From Syntrophales bacterium (GTDB taxonomy: Bacteria; Desulfobacterota; Syntrophia; Syntrophales; UBA2185), in NCBI GenBank assembly GCA_052144335.1, contig JBKQQP010000071.1, positions 20,310 to 84,309 on the forward strand: a stretch of 64,000 bases of DNA, in the 5' to 3' direction. The notes below the pieces were generated by a model that made no database searches, was not told the origin of the DNA, and saw nothing but the letters and a program-made list of their open reading frames with translations. Of this stretch, positions 10,319 to 21,155 are shown piece after piece; the first letter of the stretch is position 1, and each line of letters starts with the position of its first letter. A program made the position numbers and the translations under genes.

Positions 10319-11083
10319 CTAGTCCGATCCCAATTCCCGGTCTCTCGCCTTGTTCCAGTCCACCCACTCATCGCGATCTTCCTTTTCAGTAAAGGCTCGC
10401 GGTTTTTGCGCCGTTCCATCAGCGGCAATGCTGATCTGCTGCATCGATTTAATAATAAAGACCCATTCCTCCATTTTAACCTTCTCCGGACCGGGGATCG
10501 GAGTAGGACCCGCAATTTTCTGTGGGGGACCAATCATCTTGGGCGGCTCCATGTCCGGACCACCGCCCGATACGTGTACGGTTCCATCATACACCCTTAC
10601 CAGGGCCGACTTGTCTTTCTCCACATTCATGCGATAAATAGTGCCCCTGACACCGGCCACGGCATTTTCGGACCGAAGCTCAAACTGACCTTTTTTCCCC
10701 ACTGCCTTGCTTACATTGGCCCAGGTCCTTCCGATGGCTATATGAAATTTCATGTTCCTTGGTACGGCATCGCCGCCGGAATCAACCTGAAGAACCTTAA
10801 AATGTGAATTGCTAGCGAAACGTACTGCGGAGTAGTCCGGTAAAACGAGCTCCAGTCTCGCCTTAGAGCCCGTGTTAACTTCGTCTCCACCCTTGAGAGT
10901 ATCTCCCAAATTCAGTGCACGCCATGTCTTTTTACCTGCCGGAAGAATCTGAACCGATCCCTCTAAGACGTTGACCTTGGCTTCACCTCTGCCAATTTTC
11001 AGCTCCATAGTTCTCTTTGCCGCCACTTGAGAAACAATCAGCATAAAGGATATTACGCACAAAAAAAATGTTATTTTTTTCAT
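10319..11083 (-). CDS. secreted FecR-domain-like protein
   Basis: [22 protein letters not shown] signal peptide, then [57 protein letters not shown] (FecR-like). Start set at the internal MKK. Confidence 0.55.
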   Translation of the reverse strand: MKKITFFLCVISFMLIVSQVAAKRTMELKIGRGEAKVNVLEGSVQILPAGKKTWRALNLGDTLKGGDEVNTGSKARLELVLPDYSAVRFASNSHFKVLQVDSGGDAVPRNMKFHIAIGRTWANVSKAVGKKGQFELRSENAVAGVRGTIYRMNVEKDKSALVRVYDGTVHVSGGGPDMEPPKMIGPPQKIAGPTPIPGPEKVKMEEWVFIIKSMQQISIAADGTAQKPRAFTEKEDRDEWVDWNKARDRELGSD

Positions 11084-11192
11084 CTGCAGCTCCTTATTCA
11101 TAGTCAAACGTACATACAACGAAACCGGGAATCCGAAAGAAATCATACAGGGCTTGACTCGACTTTATCCATTCTCGGTTGCGGAGCATCCG

Positions 11193-11792
11193 TCATCCTG
11201 GTGCATCTGGACCGTCAGGGAGAGTCTGCATGGCTTTATCCACGACTTCCTGCATAGCAGGTTCATAGACCTGGCACGATTCCATCTCAAGCTCTTCCCG
11301 TGAAATCCCGTAATTCCTTCTGACTGTTCTATTGCGGTAACTCCAGAGCGTTTCCCCCGTCTTTGCGCTCCGCAGTTCAAAAAAAACGGCGACGTGCGTA
11401 GGTGCGTAAACAAAGGCAAAGTCGGTAGAGCACTCCTCTAAAGAAGCGTACAGGACGGCATCTACACCCAGTAGATCACCGATGGCCTTCGGCGGTATAT
11501 TTTCTCTTCTAAAATCCATATTGCCCTTATATATCTTGGCGAGCTTTTCATCTATACTTTGTAGCGGAACCTTAGGATAGCCTTTGAAATAAAGTTCATT
11601 GAGAACCATTTCTCTCAGCATCTGACCGACTCTGGCATCGCCTGTTTTCATATTCACAGGCAAAATGGCTATAAGCCTTGTACCTTTCTTGCTGTAATCG
11701 GGACTCACACTGTAGGGTTGTTTCGATGCGCAGCCCTGCACTGCAATGAATACAGTTATTACCAACAAGATCCGATTAACGATACCCATCAA
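11193..11792 (-). CDS. lipoprotein, DUF799/GNA1162-like
   Basis: Lipobox AVQGC, then RLIAILPVNMKTGDARVGQMLREMVLNELYFKGYPKVPLQSID. This is the pattern of the DUF799 lipoprotein family, recognised from memory. Confidence 0.5.
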   Translation of the reverse strand: MMGIVNRILLVITVFIAVQGCASKQPYSVSPDYSKKGTRLIAILPVNMKTGDARVGQMLREMVLNELYFKGYPKVPLQSIDEKLAKIYKGNMDFRRENIPPKAIGDLLGVDAVLYASLEECSTDFAFVYAPTHVAVFFELRSAKTGETLWSYRNRTVRRNYGISREELEMESCQVYEPAMQEVVDKAMQTLPDGPDAPG

Positions 11793-11862
11793 TATCTAAG
11801 CCTCATCCTAATCTACCCGAGGGCCCCAAGGCCTCCATGGAAGATATCACATCAGTCTCGTT

Positions 11863-12540
11863 CTATTTCAAGAAGGTGACCTCAAGATAATTCTGATCTA
11901 TGAGACCAATTATCAGGGAAAAATGCCCAGTCTTTATCAGTTCGTCCGAGAATGATTGTACGGTCCCCTGAAAATCCAAACCCAGCCTGGCTGTGCCCCA
12001 AGCGATCTGGCGCTGATAGACATTTCTGACACCCTTCACCTTTGTCTTCAGCAGTTCTCTGGCTCTTACATAGTCGGCACAGCTTGTCAGACCTTTTACT
12101 GTAACCGCTATCTCTGCCGACGGAACCCTATTCTTATCTATCTTGAGAAGCCCCAGGGTTTGAAGATCGTCTCTTACACTGTCCATAAATACCGTTGATC
12201 TGACATTAACAGTATAGACATTTTGGACCTGTCTTTCGCTGCTAATTTTATAATCGTGGATATATTGGTCACTTTTTGCATATATCCCGTCTCTGAGCGC
12301 CTGAGACCTCCTATCAAGTGTCTGGAGGGGATCCAACGTTGCTACCGCCTGTTCAACAGCGTCTCGTAGGGCATTATTGATAGCATTATTTCGAGCACTG
12401 GCTAAATCATTGTTTGTTATGAGTCCCGTACCCTCTGTCTCTACTGTCCAGATATTGCCATCATCCTGTGAAATTCCCTCTGTGGTTAAGAGGAAACTAC
12501 ACGCTGCAAATACCAATACAACAATAAAAAGCCGATTCAT
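11863..12540 (-). CDS. secreted protein, LPP20/FlgT-N-like
   Basis: Signal peptide, then LASARNNAINNALRDAVEQAV, typical of LPP20/FlgT N-terminal domains. Weak recognition. Confidence 0.4.
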   Translation of the reverse strand: MNRLFIVVLVFAACSFLLTTEGISQDDGNIWTVETEGTGLITNNDLASARNNAINNALRDAVEQAVATLDPLQTLDRRSQALRDGIYAKSDQYIHDYKISSERQVQNVYTVNVRSTVFMDSVRDDLQTLGLLKIDKNRVPSAEIAVTVKGLTSCADYVRARELLKTKVKGVRNVYQRQIAWGTARLGLDFQGTVQSFSDELIKTGHFSLIIGLIDQNYLEVTFLK

Positions 12541-12950
12541 CTCTTTAACTTGTTGATCTCTTCCCTGATAACTCTCTCAGCAATCTCGGGAACCATTTCT
12601 TTCGCAATCTTTTCAGCAATTTCACTGACCCTTCTTACTATTTCATCATTGAGGCCCGGATCATGAAGATACCTGCTTGAATTCTTTTCAACGGGATCTA
12701 CGAGATCATGGACTTCATCACCCTGTTTCGATACTCTCTCGTATACCCGCCCATCAATGACTATGATTTCTCGATCGTGTTTCGTTCCAGCACCGGTGTT
12801 ATCATCTATGACATCGACGAGGTCGCGAATTATGTCATCTGGCTTCAGTAAACGACCATCCACAAGGACATCTTCAGTTCTCGTATCCGGAACGTTTTCC
12901 TTAGTGCCTTCCCGTAACACTCCAACCAAATGTTTGGATATTGCATTCAT
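12537..12950 (-). CDS. hypothetical acidic protein; stop overlaps the next gene's start (ATGA)
   Basis: ORF 12537..13025. I prefer the internal MNAISKHL start. No recognisable domain. C-terminal helical EIAEKIAKEMVPEIAERVIREEINKLK. Confidence 0.4.
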   Translation of the reverse strand: MNAISKHLVGVLREGTKENVPDTRTEDVLVDGRLLKPDDIIRDLVDVIDDNTGAGTKHDREIIVIDGRVYERVSKQGDEVHDLVDPVEKNSSRYLHDPGLNDEIVRRVSEIAEKIAKEMVPEIAERVIREEINKLKR

Positions 12951-13198
12951 ATATGCTCCCAATTTGCATAAGGCATTTGAACCTTCGCAATTTTGTATAA
13001 AAATTCCATGACCTGTATGCCACAAAAAGCACTCCCGAGAGGCATTTTATCCCTCTCACTTCTTGCAAAGCCCAAATCATTTATCTTATTTTATGGATTT
13101 ATAGAAAGATCATACTGTCTCATATAAGTCAGAATGTCAGTGAGTTATCACACCTGCGGAAACTGTTCAAGGAAATAGTAGGGCTGTTCTTGTACTCA

Positions 13199-14050
13199 TC
13201 AAGTATGATTCGCCACCAGCCGATAGACTCTTTTCTTAGGGATTCCCAGTTCTTTGGAAAGTTTTTCGATAATGTCCCGCCGGGAAGAGCCGGAACTCTT
13301 CCACAAATCCTCAAATTTCGCTAGAATTTCATTGTCAGAAAACGAAGAAGAGATTTTTTCTCTTCTCCCTATAACCAGCGTCACTTCACCTTTAACAGCC
13401 CTTCCCTGCAGTTGATTGATCACGTCCTGGACTGTTCCCCGTATGATTTCTTCAAAGACTTTCGTCATCTCCCTTAACACGACGACATCCCGGTTGCCGA
13501 GAACTTCTCCCATATCGCGAAGTGACTCTATGAGTCTCTTCGGGGATTCATAGCATACCAGGGTCTTTGCTTCGTCCTTGATAGTAGATAAGAACTGTCT
13601 TCGCTTGCCTGATCGTGACGGTAAGAAGCCGTAAAAAGCAAAAGAATCCGTTGGCAGACCTGACACGGAGAGTGCCGTGACGACAGCAGAAGCCCCGGGA
13701 ACTGGAATAATCTCAATTCCCTCGGCAATGGCCTTCTTGACAAGAACATACCCCGGATCGGATATGCCCGGCGTTCCGGCATCCGATACCATTGCCACAT
13801 CCATACCCTCAATCATTTTAGAAATGAGAACGCTGCTCTTCCTATCTTCAATACGATCGTAGAGACTGGTCATGGGAGTGCTGATCTGATAAACTCCCAA
13901 CAGTTTTCTTGTCCGTCTCGTATCCTCGGCTGCTATAATCTCCACTTCTTTTAATATCCGTATGGCCCGGAGGGTTATATCCTCGAGATTTCCAATGGGG
14001 GTTGCCACTATATAAAGCACGCCTTTTTTGATATTATCGCCCATATGCAA
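13199..14050 (-). CDS. rsmI: 16S rRNA (cytidine1402-2'-O)-methyltransferase
   Basis: LYIVATPIGNLEDITLRAIRILKEVEIIAAEDTRRTRKLL; tetrapyrrole-methylase-fold RsmI pattern. Confidence 0.9.
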   Translation of the reverse strand: MHMGDNIKKGVLYIVATPIGNLEDITLRAIRILKEVEIIAAEDTRRTRKLLGVYQISTPMTSLYDRIEDRKSSVLISKMIEGMDVAMVSDAGTPGISDPGYVLVKKAIAEGIEIIPVPGASAVVTALSVSGLPTDSFAFYGFLPSRSGKRRQFLSTIKDEAKTLVCYESPKRLIESLRDMGEVLGNRDVVVLREMTKVFEEIIRGTVQDVINQLQGRAVKGEVTLVIGRREKISSSFSDNEILAKFEDLWKSSGSSRRDIIEKLSKELGIPKKRVYRLVANHT

Positions 14051-14106
14051 GCAATATTAGGCCATACACAACGAACAATTCAAATGGCCCAGAGCACGTT
14101 TTCTTA

Positions 14107-14135
14107 TTGACATATCGAGATGGTTTTCGTTTAAT
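14107..14135 (+). promoter_or_regulatory. sigma70-like promoter candidate, TTGACA-17 nt-TTTAAT
   Basis: TTGACA 14107-14112, 17-nt spacer, TTTAAT 14130-14135, about 50 nt upstream of the UXS gene. Confidence 0.35.
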
Positions 14136-14183
14136 ACCAAACATGACAAAAAAAAACCATCAAAACAAAAGCGTCAGGCTGCC

Positions 14184-15116
14184 ATGAAGCGCATCCTGAT
14201 TACAGGCGGAGCGGGATTTTTAGGTTCTCACCTTTGCGATAAGCTCATCGAGCAAGGCAACGAAGTCCTTTGCCTGGATAATTTTTTTACCGGGAGCAAA
14301 GATAATATAATACATCTCCTTGCAAACCCTCGCTTTGAGTTGATCAGACACGACATCATCAACCCAATTTTCCTCGAAACGGATCAAATCTATAACCTCG
14401 CCTGTCCGGCTTCGCCCGTGCATTACCAGTACAATCCTATCAAGACGATTAAGACCAATGTGATGGGAACTATCAATGCCCTGGGCATGGCAAAGCGTCT
14501 GAATGCGAAGATTCTCCAGGCATCGACCTCAGAGGTGTACGGGGACCCCGATGTTCATCCCCAGAAGGAAGTATACTGGGGAAGGGTCAACCCTATAGGA
14601 CCGAGAAGCTGCTACGACGAGGGGAAAAGGGCGGCAGAATGCCTCATGATGGATTACCACCGCCAGAACGACGTTAAAGTGAAGATTGCCAGAATCTTTA
14701 ACACCTATGGTCCGCGTATGGCGTTGAATGACGGACGTGTAGTCAGCAATTTCGTGGTACAGGCATTGAAAGGCGAAGATATCACGGTATATGGCGATGG
14801 TTCTCAGACCAGATCGTTCTGCTATGTGGATGATCTGATAGATGGGCTAATCTTGATGATGGAAAGTGATGACAATTTTCTCGGTCCCATAAATCTAGGA
14901 AACCCTCACGAATTTAGAATCATGGACTTAGCGAAGACTATAGTAGGCATGACGGGAAACCGCTCAAAGATTGTTCACAAGCCCCTGCCCCAGGATGACC
15001 CCCTGCAGCGCAATCCCGACATTTCTTTAGCCAAGAAAGTGCTGGGTTGGGAGCCGCATGTAAATTTGGAAAAAGGCCTGGAAAGCACAATTGCATATTT
15101 TAGGAAACTGATCTGA
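14184..15116 (+). CDS. uxs: UDP-glucuronate decarboxylase (UDP-xylose synthase)
   Basis: [21 protein letters not shown]...[12 protein letters not shown]...YDEGKR; SDR-extended and strongly UXS1-like. Confidence 0.9.
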   Translation: MKRILITGGAGFLGSHLCDKLIEQGNEVLCLDNFFTGSKDNIIHLLANPRFELIRHDIINPIFLETDQIYNLACPASPVHYQYNPIKTIKTNVMGTINALGMAKRLNAKILQASTSEVYGDPDVHPQKEVYWGRVNPIGPRSCYDEGKRAAECLMMDYHRQNDVKVKIARIFNTYGPRMALNDGRVVSNFVVQALKGEDITVYGDGSQTRSFCYVDDLIDGLILMMESDDNFLGPINLGNPHEFRIMDLAKTIVGMTGNRSKIVHKPLPQDDPLQRNPDISLAKKVLGWEPHVNLEKGLESTIAYFRKLI

Positions 15117-15131
15117 AGATTAGAGGCTCTT

Positions 15132-16508
15132 ATGAAATTCAAAAAAAATATCCTGTGTATCGGCGCCGGTTACGTCGGCGGTCCAACGATGGCTATGATT
15201 GCATACAAGTGTCCCCACTACAGGGTCACAGTCGTCGACATCAATCCGGTCCGCATCGAGGAATGGAACTCCGACGCTCTCCCCATTTATGAACCGGGAC
15301 TAGGCGAAATCGTTAAGGCGGCGAGAGGCAAGAACCTCTTTTTCAGCACCGATATAGAGGGCGGCATCAGAGACAACGACATCATCTTCGTCAGTGTAAA
15401 TACACCGACCAAGACATTCGGAGTGGGTGCAGGCATGGCGGCGGACCTCCAATACTGGGAGAAAACGGCCAGACAGATCCTCCAGTATTCGGAGTCATCA
15501 AAGATAGTCATAGAAAAGAGCACCCTTCCCGTAAAAACGGCTCTCGCCATGGAACAAATACTGAATTACACGAAAAACTCCGTTTCTTTCGATGTCCTTT
15601 CCAACCCTGAATTTCTGGCCGAAGGTTCGGCTATGAGCGATCTCGAAAATCCGGATCGCGTCCTCATAGGATGCCAGGATACAAAAAACGGATTGGCAGC
15701 CAGAGATGCCCTCGTGGAAATCTATGCCACCTGGGTACCCCGGGAAAAAATTATCACATCCAATATCTGGAGCAGTGAGCTTTCCAAGATCGTATCGAAC
15801 GCCTTTCTAGCGCAGCGAATATCATCCATCAATGCCATCTCGGCACTCTGCGAAAAGACGGATGCCGATATTACTGAGGTATCAAAGGCCGTCGGGATGG
15901 ACAGCCGGATCGGCAGCAAATATCTCAGCGCCAGTATCGGCTTCGGCGGTTCCTGCTTCAAAAAGGACATCCTTAACCTTGTCTATCTCTGCCGGCACTA
16001 TGGCCTCTATGACGTTGCCGACTACTGGGAAAGTGTGGTCAGAATCAACCAGTATCAGCACGAGCGCTTCATCTTGAACATGCTTACGGCCATGTTCAAC
16101 ACCCTTGCAGACAAGAAGATCTGCCTTTTCGGTTTCGCCTTCAAAGCCAACACAGGTGACACGAGAGAAAGCCCCGCCATTTACATCACCAAAAGACTGC
16201 TGGAAGAGAAGGCGGAGATCGTCATCACCGACCCGAAAGCACTGAAAAATGCAAAGGCGGACCTTACAGGCGTAGAAGGGAAGGTTAGCTTCATAGAAGA
16301 TCCCTACAAGGCAGCCGAGGGGTGCCACGCTATAGCGATAATGACAGAGTGGGACGTGTACCGCAGACTCGACTTTCAGAAAATATATGATGCCATGACC
16401 AAGCCCGCCTCTATCTTTGACGGGAGGAACATCATCGATCACAAGCGATGTTTCGCTATCGGCTTCAATGTCTTTCCTACCGGTAAACCGGCATTAACTC
16501 ATTCTTGA
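15132..16508 (+). CDS. ugd: UDP-glucose 6-dehydrogenase (long, eukaryote-like type)
   Basis: ILCIGAGYVGGPTMAMIAYKCPHYRVTVVDIN...LPIYEPGLGEIV...GKNLFFSTD...FVSVNTPTK...GFGGSCFKKD. Confidence 0.9.
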   Translation: MKFKKNILCIGAGYVGGPTMAMIAYKCPHYRVTVVDINPVRIEEWNSDALPIYEPGLGEIVKAARGKNLFFSTDIEGGIRDNDIIFVSVNTPTKTFGVGAGMAADLQYWEKTARQILQYSESSKIVIEKSTLPVKTALAMEQILNYTKNSVSFDVLSNPEFLAEGSAMSDLENPDRVLIGCQDTKNGLAARDALVEIYATWVPREKIITSNIWSSELSKIVSNAFLAQRISSINAISALCEKTDADITEVSKAVGMDSRIGSKYLSASIGFGGSCFKKDILNLVYLCRHYGLYDVADYWESVVRINQYQHERFILNMLTAMFNTLADKKICLFGFAFKANTGDTRESPAIYITKRLLEEKAEIVITDPKALKNAKADLTGVEGKVSFIEDPYKAAEGCHAIAIMTEWDVYRRLDFQKIYDAMTKPASIFDGRNIIDHKRCFAIGFNVFPTGKPALTHS

Positions 16509-16513
16509 TTTAA

Positions 16514-17635
16514 ATGACCCCCGTCGACTCCTTCAATATTACTGTCATCGGTGCCGGAGTAGTGGGCCTGTCCATTGCAGAAGAGCTTTCCGCAAAGTAC
16601 AAACGGGTATTGCTTCTTGAAAAAAACGACGGCTTCGGCCAGGAGACAAGCAGTCGCAACAGTGAGGTCATCCACGCCGGTATTTATTACCCCCATGGCT
16701 TCCTAAAGGCTTCCTTGTGCACAGAAGGAAACCGTCTCCTCTATGATCTGTGCAGAGAACGGAACATTCCCTTTAAGCGCACAGGCAAACTGATTGTCGG
16801 TGTCAACGACGAAGAATGTGAACGACTCGAAAATATAAAGAGGCACGCCGAGGGCAACGGCGTATCCGATCTCGCCCTTCTGGGAAAGAAGCAAGCCTGG
16901 ACCCTCGAGCCGGAGGTCAGAGCAAAGGCTGCCATCTATTCACCGTCCACCGGAATCATCGATAGCCATAGTCTGATGCGTTCTTTCTGCATAAATGCCG
17001 AAAGAAACGGCACTGTGGTGGCTTTGCGATCGAAAGTGACAGCCATTCATGCCAAAGACGGTGCCTATGAGCTGGAAACAAACGGAGGAAAATACCGATT
17101 CGACACAACGGTCTTAATCAACAGCGCTGGTCTCTATTCCGACAGCATCGCCGCTTTAGCCGGCATTAACGTCGAACGGCATGGATACCGCCTCCTGCAC
17201 TGCAAGGGAAATTATTTTTCCGCATCCCCTGCTCCAAAACTGAATCATCTCGTTTATCCCGTGCCTCCGGAGAACAAGGAAAGCCTCGGCATCCATGCCA
17301 CTCTGGATCTGGGCAACCGTGTCAAGTTCGGCCCGGACAGCCAGTACACAGACGAAATCGAATACAGCATAGATGAGGGGAGAAGAGAATCGTTTTATCA
17401 ATCCATCATAAATTACCTGCCTGGTATCAAACCTGAATACCTCCATCCGGACATGTGTGGTATTCGTCCGAAGCTGCAGGGCCCCGGTGAAGCCTACCGC
17501 GATTTCATCATCAAGGATGAGCAAGATATAGGATATCCCGGACTGATCAATCTCATCGGCATTGAGTCTCCCGGATTGACCTCCTGTATCGCAATAGCGC
17601 GTTACGTGAAGGCCCTCGTGGCCCCATACCTTTAG
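16514..17635 (+). CDS. FAD-dependent oxidoreductase (DAO family, L-2-hydroxyglutarate oxidase-like)
   Basis: ITVIGAGVVGLSIAEEL dinucleotide fold, SSRNSEVIHAGIYY, C-terminal GIESPGLTS. Confidence 0.75.
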   Translation: MTPVDSFNITVIGAGVVGLSIAEELSAKYKRVLLLEKNDGFGQETSSRNSEVIHAGIYYPHGFLKASLCTEGNRLLYDLCRERNIPFKRTGKLIVGVNDEECERLENIKRHAEGNGVSDLALLGKKQAWTLEPEVRAKAAIYSPSTGIIDSHSLMRSFCINAERNGTVVALRSKVTAIHAKDGAYELETNGGKYRFDTTVLINSAGLYSDSIAALAGINVERHGYRLLHCKGNYFSASPAPKLNHLVYPVPPENKESLGIHATLDLGNRVKFGPDSQYTDEIEYSIDEGRRESFYQSIINYLPGIKPEYLHPDMCGIRPKLQGPGEAYRDFIIKDEQDIGYPGLINLIGIESPGLTSCIAIARYVKALVAPYL

Positions 17636-17697
17636 GGCAAGGCTTTGAGCAGGGGCTTAAGGTTCATGGCATAGACTGACTAAAACATTTGCTAGAA

Positions 17698-18068
17698 TTA
17701 GACGGCAAGTTCGAAGGCATTTTGTATAAGTTCTAAGCTGCTCCCGTCAGGCAGCATCTTGCTCGCCACGACGTCGAATCGCGCATTGCAGGGATAGAGG
17801 TGTTTCTCTTTTAAATACATGAGGAAAATTCTTGAAATCTTCTCTTGCTTTTCCAATCCTACGGCAAGCTGGGGATCTCCGAACTCTTCCAATTTCCTGC
17901 TCTTAGTCTCCACAAAAACAATTGTGTCCCCGTCTTTTGCTACGATATCAATCTCCGTAGAGGGCGCTTGTAATTGCGTTCAGCGATACGATAGCCTTTA
18001 CCCTGCAAATAGGCAGCAGCTATATCCTCTCCCTTCTTGCCGGTCCACATCCTATCAGAACCCTTCAT
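17698..18068 (-). pseudogene. yraN: YraN-family (UPF0102) endonuclease gene interrupted by a frameshift
   Basis: From ATG 18068: MKGSDRMWTGKKGEDIAAAYLQGKGYRIAERNYKRPLRRLIS, then TAG at 17942-17940. The conserved continuation EIDIVAKDGDTIVFVETKSRKLEEFGDPQLAV...RFDVVA is in another frame. The break lies near 17947-17962. Confidence 0.7.
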
Positions 18069-18095
18069 CACAATTCCCAATGTTGCAAAATATTT

Positions 18096-18719
18096 TCAAA
18101 ACTCCAATTCGACATTCGCGTGGAGGAGACTCTTGTCTCTAACTACGAAAGACCTTCGATGAATCTTGCAATGCCCATGCTTCTTGATCGCTTCTCTGTG
18201 CTCCACCGTAGCATAGCCTTTGTTCTTGGAAAAATTATACTGGGGAAACTGGCGATCATACATCTCCATGATCCTGTCTCGGGAAACTTTGGCGATGATG
18301 GAGGCGGACGCTACGGAGATGCTCCGCGCATCGCCTTTGACAATGGCCTCCTGGGGAATGGAAACAAAAATGCGGTGTAATCCGTCAATGAGCAGATAAT
18401 CGGGGGTTAGGGAAAGATTCAATGTGGCTTCCTTCATAGCCACCAGTGTCGCCTGAAATATGTTCCATTCGTCAATAAACGAAGCCTCGACAACGCCGAG
18501 TCCGATGGCAAGGGCGTCTTTCCTTATGATTTCGGAAAGGCTGTCTCTCTTCTTGGCAGGAAGCTGCTTAGAATCTTTGATTTCCTTGTTCTTGTAATCC
18601 GGGGGGAGTATCACGGCTGCGGCAACAACGGGACCCGCAAGTGGACCTCTGCCCACCTCATCAATGCCAGCTATTGATCTATAACCAAGTTGATGGGCTC
18701 GCCGTTCGAAACTGTTCAT
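18096..18719 (-). CDS. rnhB: ribonuclease HII
   Basis: IAGIDEVGRGPLAGPVVAAAVIL...DSKQL...IAKVSRD. Confidence 0.93.
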   Translation of the reverse strand: MNSFERRAHQLGYRSIAGIDEVGRGPLAGPVVAAAVILPPDYKNKEIKDSKQLPAKKRDSLSEIIRKDALAIGLGVVEASFIDEWNIFQATLVAMKEATLNLSLTPDYLLIDGLHRIFVSIPQEAIVKGDARSISVASASIIAKVSRDRIMEMYDRQFPQYNFSKNKGYATVEHREAIKKHGHCKIHRRSFVVRDKSLLHANVELEF

Positions 18720-18849
18720 AGTCGGGATAAGAAAATTGCAAACGAGGTTCTCAGGGGCTGACCAAAGAAGGGGAGGCTTTCCCGCATCCCTTACTGTAAA
18801 TATTCAGAGATACGGGGGAACTTCCTCCCTACAGGGATTTGCGTAATTT

Positions 18850-19194
18850 CTATTTCCCCATTTCTTTGATTCTTGCTTTTTTCCCTCTTAGACCGCGCAA
18901 GTAGTACAGACGGGAACGCCGTACTTTCCCGCGATTGACTACCTCGATCCTATCTATAACGGGTGAATGAAGGGGAAATGTGCGTTCAACCCCTACACCG
19001 TAGGAAACCTTTCTAACTGTAAAACTGGACCGGCAATCACCACGTTTTCTACGGATGACAACGCCTTCAAAAGCCTGTATTCTCTGCTTCTGTCCCTCCA
19101 CGATTCTCACGTACACCCTGACGGTATCGCCGGGTTTGAAGCCGGGAATGTCCCCTCTCATTTGCTCTTTTTCAAGCATTTCCATGGTATTCAT
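18850..19194 (-). CDS. rplS: 50S ribosomal protein L19
   Basis: [37 protein letters not shown]. Confidence 0.96.
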   Translation of the reverse strand: MNTMEMLEKEQMRGDIPGFKPGDTVRVYVRIVEGQKQRIQAFEGVVIRRKRGDCRSSFTVRKVSYGVGVERTFPLHSPVIDRIEVVNRGKVRRSRLYYLRGLRGKKARIKEMGK

Positions 19195-19217
19195 ATCGCA
19201 AACTCCTTCACATTGCG

Positions 19218-19955
19218 CTACTTGTATTTCTTTTTTATGTCTTCGAGTGCTCTTCCGTCCTCAGCAGATAGCTCTATTTTTTCCAGCAAGTCCGGTCGCC
19301 TCAAGTACGTTCTTCTCAGTGATTCCTTCCTGCGCCATGATTCAATCTCCCGGTGATTACCCGACACTAGCACCTCGGGAACCTGCCATTCGCGGTAGCT
19401 GCCGGGACGTGTGTAGTGGGGATATTCCAACAAACCGGTAGAAAACGAATCATAAGATGCGGACTCATTGTTTCCCAGAACACCAGGGATCAAACGGGCA
19501 ACCGCGTCCACAATGACCATAGCCGAAAGTTCCCCACCCGTCAAAACAAAATCGCCTATCGAAATCTCTCTGTCAATCAGATGGTCCCTTACCCTCTCGT
19601 CAACACCCTCGTAGCGACCGCACACGAGAACAATGCGAGAATAGCGGGACATTTCCTCCGCTATCTTCTGGTTGAAGGTTTCTCCCTGGGGGGTCAGGAG
19701 AACTACTACGGTATTATCTCTTGAGGGGAGGATTGACGCCAGCGCCTTGTCAATTGGCTCCACCTTCATGACCATGCCGCCGCCGCCCCCGTAAGGGGCG
19801 TCATCTGTCATCCTATGCTTATCCTCGGCATAGTCGCGGATGTTGTGGAGATGGATTTTCGCCATTCCCTTCTCCTGCGCTCTTTTCAAGATACTGTGAT
19901 TAAGCGGTGATTCAAACATCTCAGGGAAGACGGATAGGATATCAAACCTGATCAT
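19218..19955 (-). CDS. trmD: tRNA (guanine37-N1)-methyltransferase
   Basis: [26 protein letters not shown]...[14 protein letters not shown]...[12 protein letters not shown]. Confidence 0.96.
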   Translation of the reverse strand: MIRFDILSVFPEMFESPLNHSILKRAQEKGMAKIHLHNIRDYAEDKHRMTDDAPYGGGGGMVMKVEPIDKALASILPSRDNTVVVLLTPQGETFNQKIAEEMSRYSRIVLVCGRYEGVDERVRDHLIDREISIGDFVLTGGELSAMVIVDAVARLIPGVLGNNESASYDSFSTGLLEYPHYTRPGSYREWQVPEVLVSGNHREIESWRRKESLRRTYLRRPDLLEKIELSAEDGRALEDIKKKYK

Positions 19956-19961
19956 GGCCTT

Positions 19962-20471
19962 CTATAAACCTTCAAGCAGTCTTACAACCATCATCCCGCG
20001 ATCGATATCGATCGTTCGTATCACGTCGGCAATGCCGGGTAGCAAAACCTCCCTTTCTCCCCCGCTGCATACGTAGACGTCATTACTCCCAGTAGGGAAG
20101 ATAGCCTCAATTATGCCCAAAAAGCTGCCCTCTTCCGTAACTACTCTAAGGCCTATCATGTCCCGCCAGTAATATTCGCCTTCGGGCAATTCTTCCAATT
20201 TGTCTGCAGAAATCAGTATCCGGCAACCAACGAAAGCATTCGCACTTTGAAAATTTCCGACGCCTTCTATTTCAAGAAAAAAACTCTTCCCTCTGCTCTG
20301 GATACCCTTCACCTTGAAGGGTCCCTTCATATCATTGCCACAATCTATATATACTTCATCAAGGTTCTGAAGTTTGTCATCAGACTCACTGTACGACACC
20401 GCTTTCATGCGGCCCTTAAAGCCGCAGGACTTAACAATCTTGCCGATTTCAAAGAACTGAGTCGGATTCAT
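19962..20471 (-). CDS. rimM: 16S rRNA processing protein RimM
   Basis: 169 aa with RimM/PRC barrel pattern and the expected rpsP-KH-rimM-trmD synteny. Confidence 0.88.
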   Translation of the reverse strand: MNPTQFFEIGKIVKSCGFKGRMKAVSYSESDDKLQNLDEVYIDCGNDMKGPFKVKGIQSRGKSFFLEIEGVGNFQSANAFVGCRILISADKLEELPEGEYYWRDMIGLRVVTEEGSFLGIIEAIFPTGSNDVYVCSGGEREVLLPGIADVIRTIDIDRGMMVVRLLEGL

Positions 20472-20698
20472 TCAATAATTTCTAAGACTGCCCTTTTGCG
20501 AAGCTTCGTTGATGCCGCACTTAAAATGGTCCTCATGGCTTTTGCGGTTCTTCCCTGTTTGCCGATAACTTTACCAAGGTCTTCCTTCGCAACTCTGAGT
20601 TCGATCACAGAAGTCTGCTCACCAAGCACCTCGGACACGTCCACGGAATCGGGATTATCAACCAAAGACTGAGCTATGTACTTGATCAACTCTTTCAT
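20468..20698 (-). CDS. KH-domain RNA-binding protein (YlqC-like)
   Basis: [59 protein letters not shown]. Confidence 0.85.
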   Translation of the reverse strand: MKELIKYIAQSLVDNPDSVDVSEVLGEQTSVIELRVAKEDLGKVIGKQGRTAKAMRTILSAASTKLRKRAVLEIIE

Positions 20699-20812
20699 CG
20701 TCACAACCTCCACGGATTACTCATTCAATAAATCCATTAGAAATATCGACCTCAACCGCAAAACTATTCAATTTTGAAATTCAAGACATTGCCCCATTAA
20801 TTTCAACTATGT

Positions 20813-21058
20813 TCACTTCGTGATCCCCTTCTTTACAAGCAACTGAGAAACCGTCAAAGTGGGTGTGGCACCTTTTGAAAGCCAATCGACAACACGTTCC
20901 TTCTTCAGGACAACCTCCGCTGGATCTTTTTGAGGATTATAGCTTCCCAGGATTTCCAGAAATCTGCCGTCCCTCGGAGATTCGGAATCGGCTACCACAA
21001 TTCTGTAATAGGGCCTGCCTTTTCCACCAAGCCGCGCCAACCTTATCTTAACTGTCAT
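20813..21058 (-). CDS. rpsP: 30S ribosomal protein S16
   Basis: MTVKIRLARLGGKGRPYYRIVVADSESPRDGRFLEILGSYNP. Confidence 0.96.
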   Translation of the reverse strand: MTVKIRLARLGGKGRPYYRIVVADSESPRDGRFLEILGSYNPQKDPAEVVLKKERVVDWLSKGATPTLTVSQLLVKKGITK

Positions 21059-21155
21059 TCCTGTTATCTATCACCTCCTGAAAATTATTGTAATTTGCTA
21101 TACATACGTTCCCTTGTAAAGGAAGAATTTTCATTATAGTCTATTTTTCATCTAA

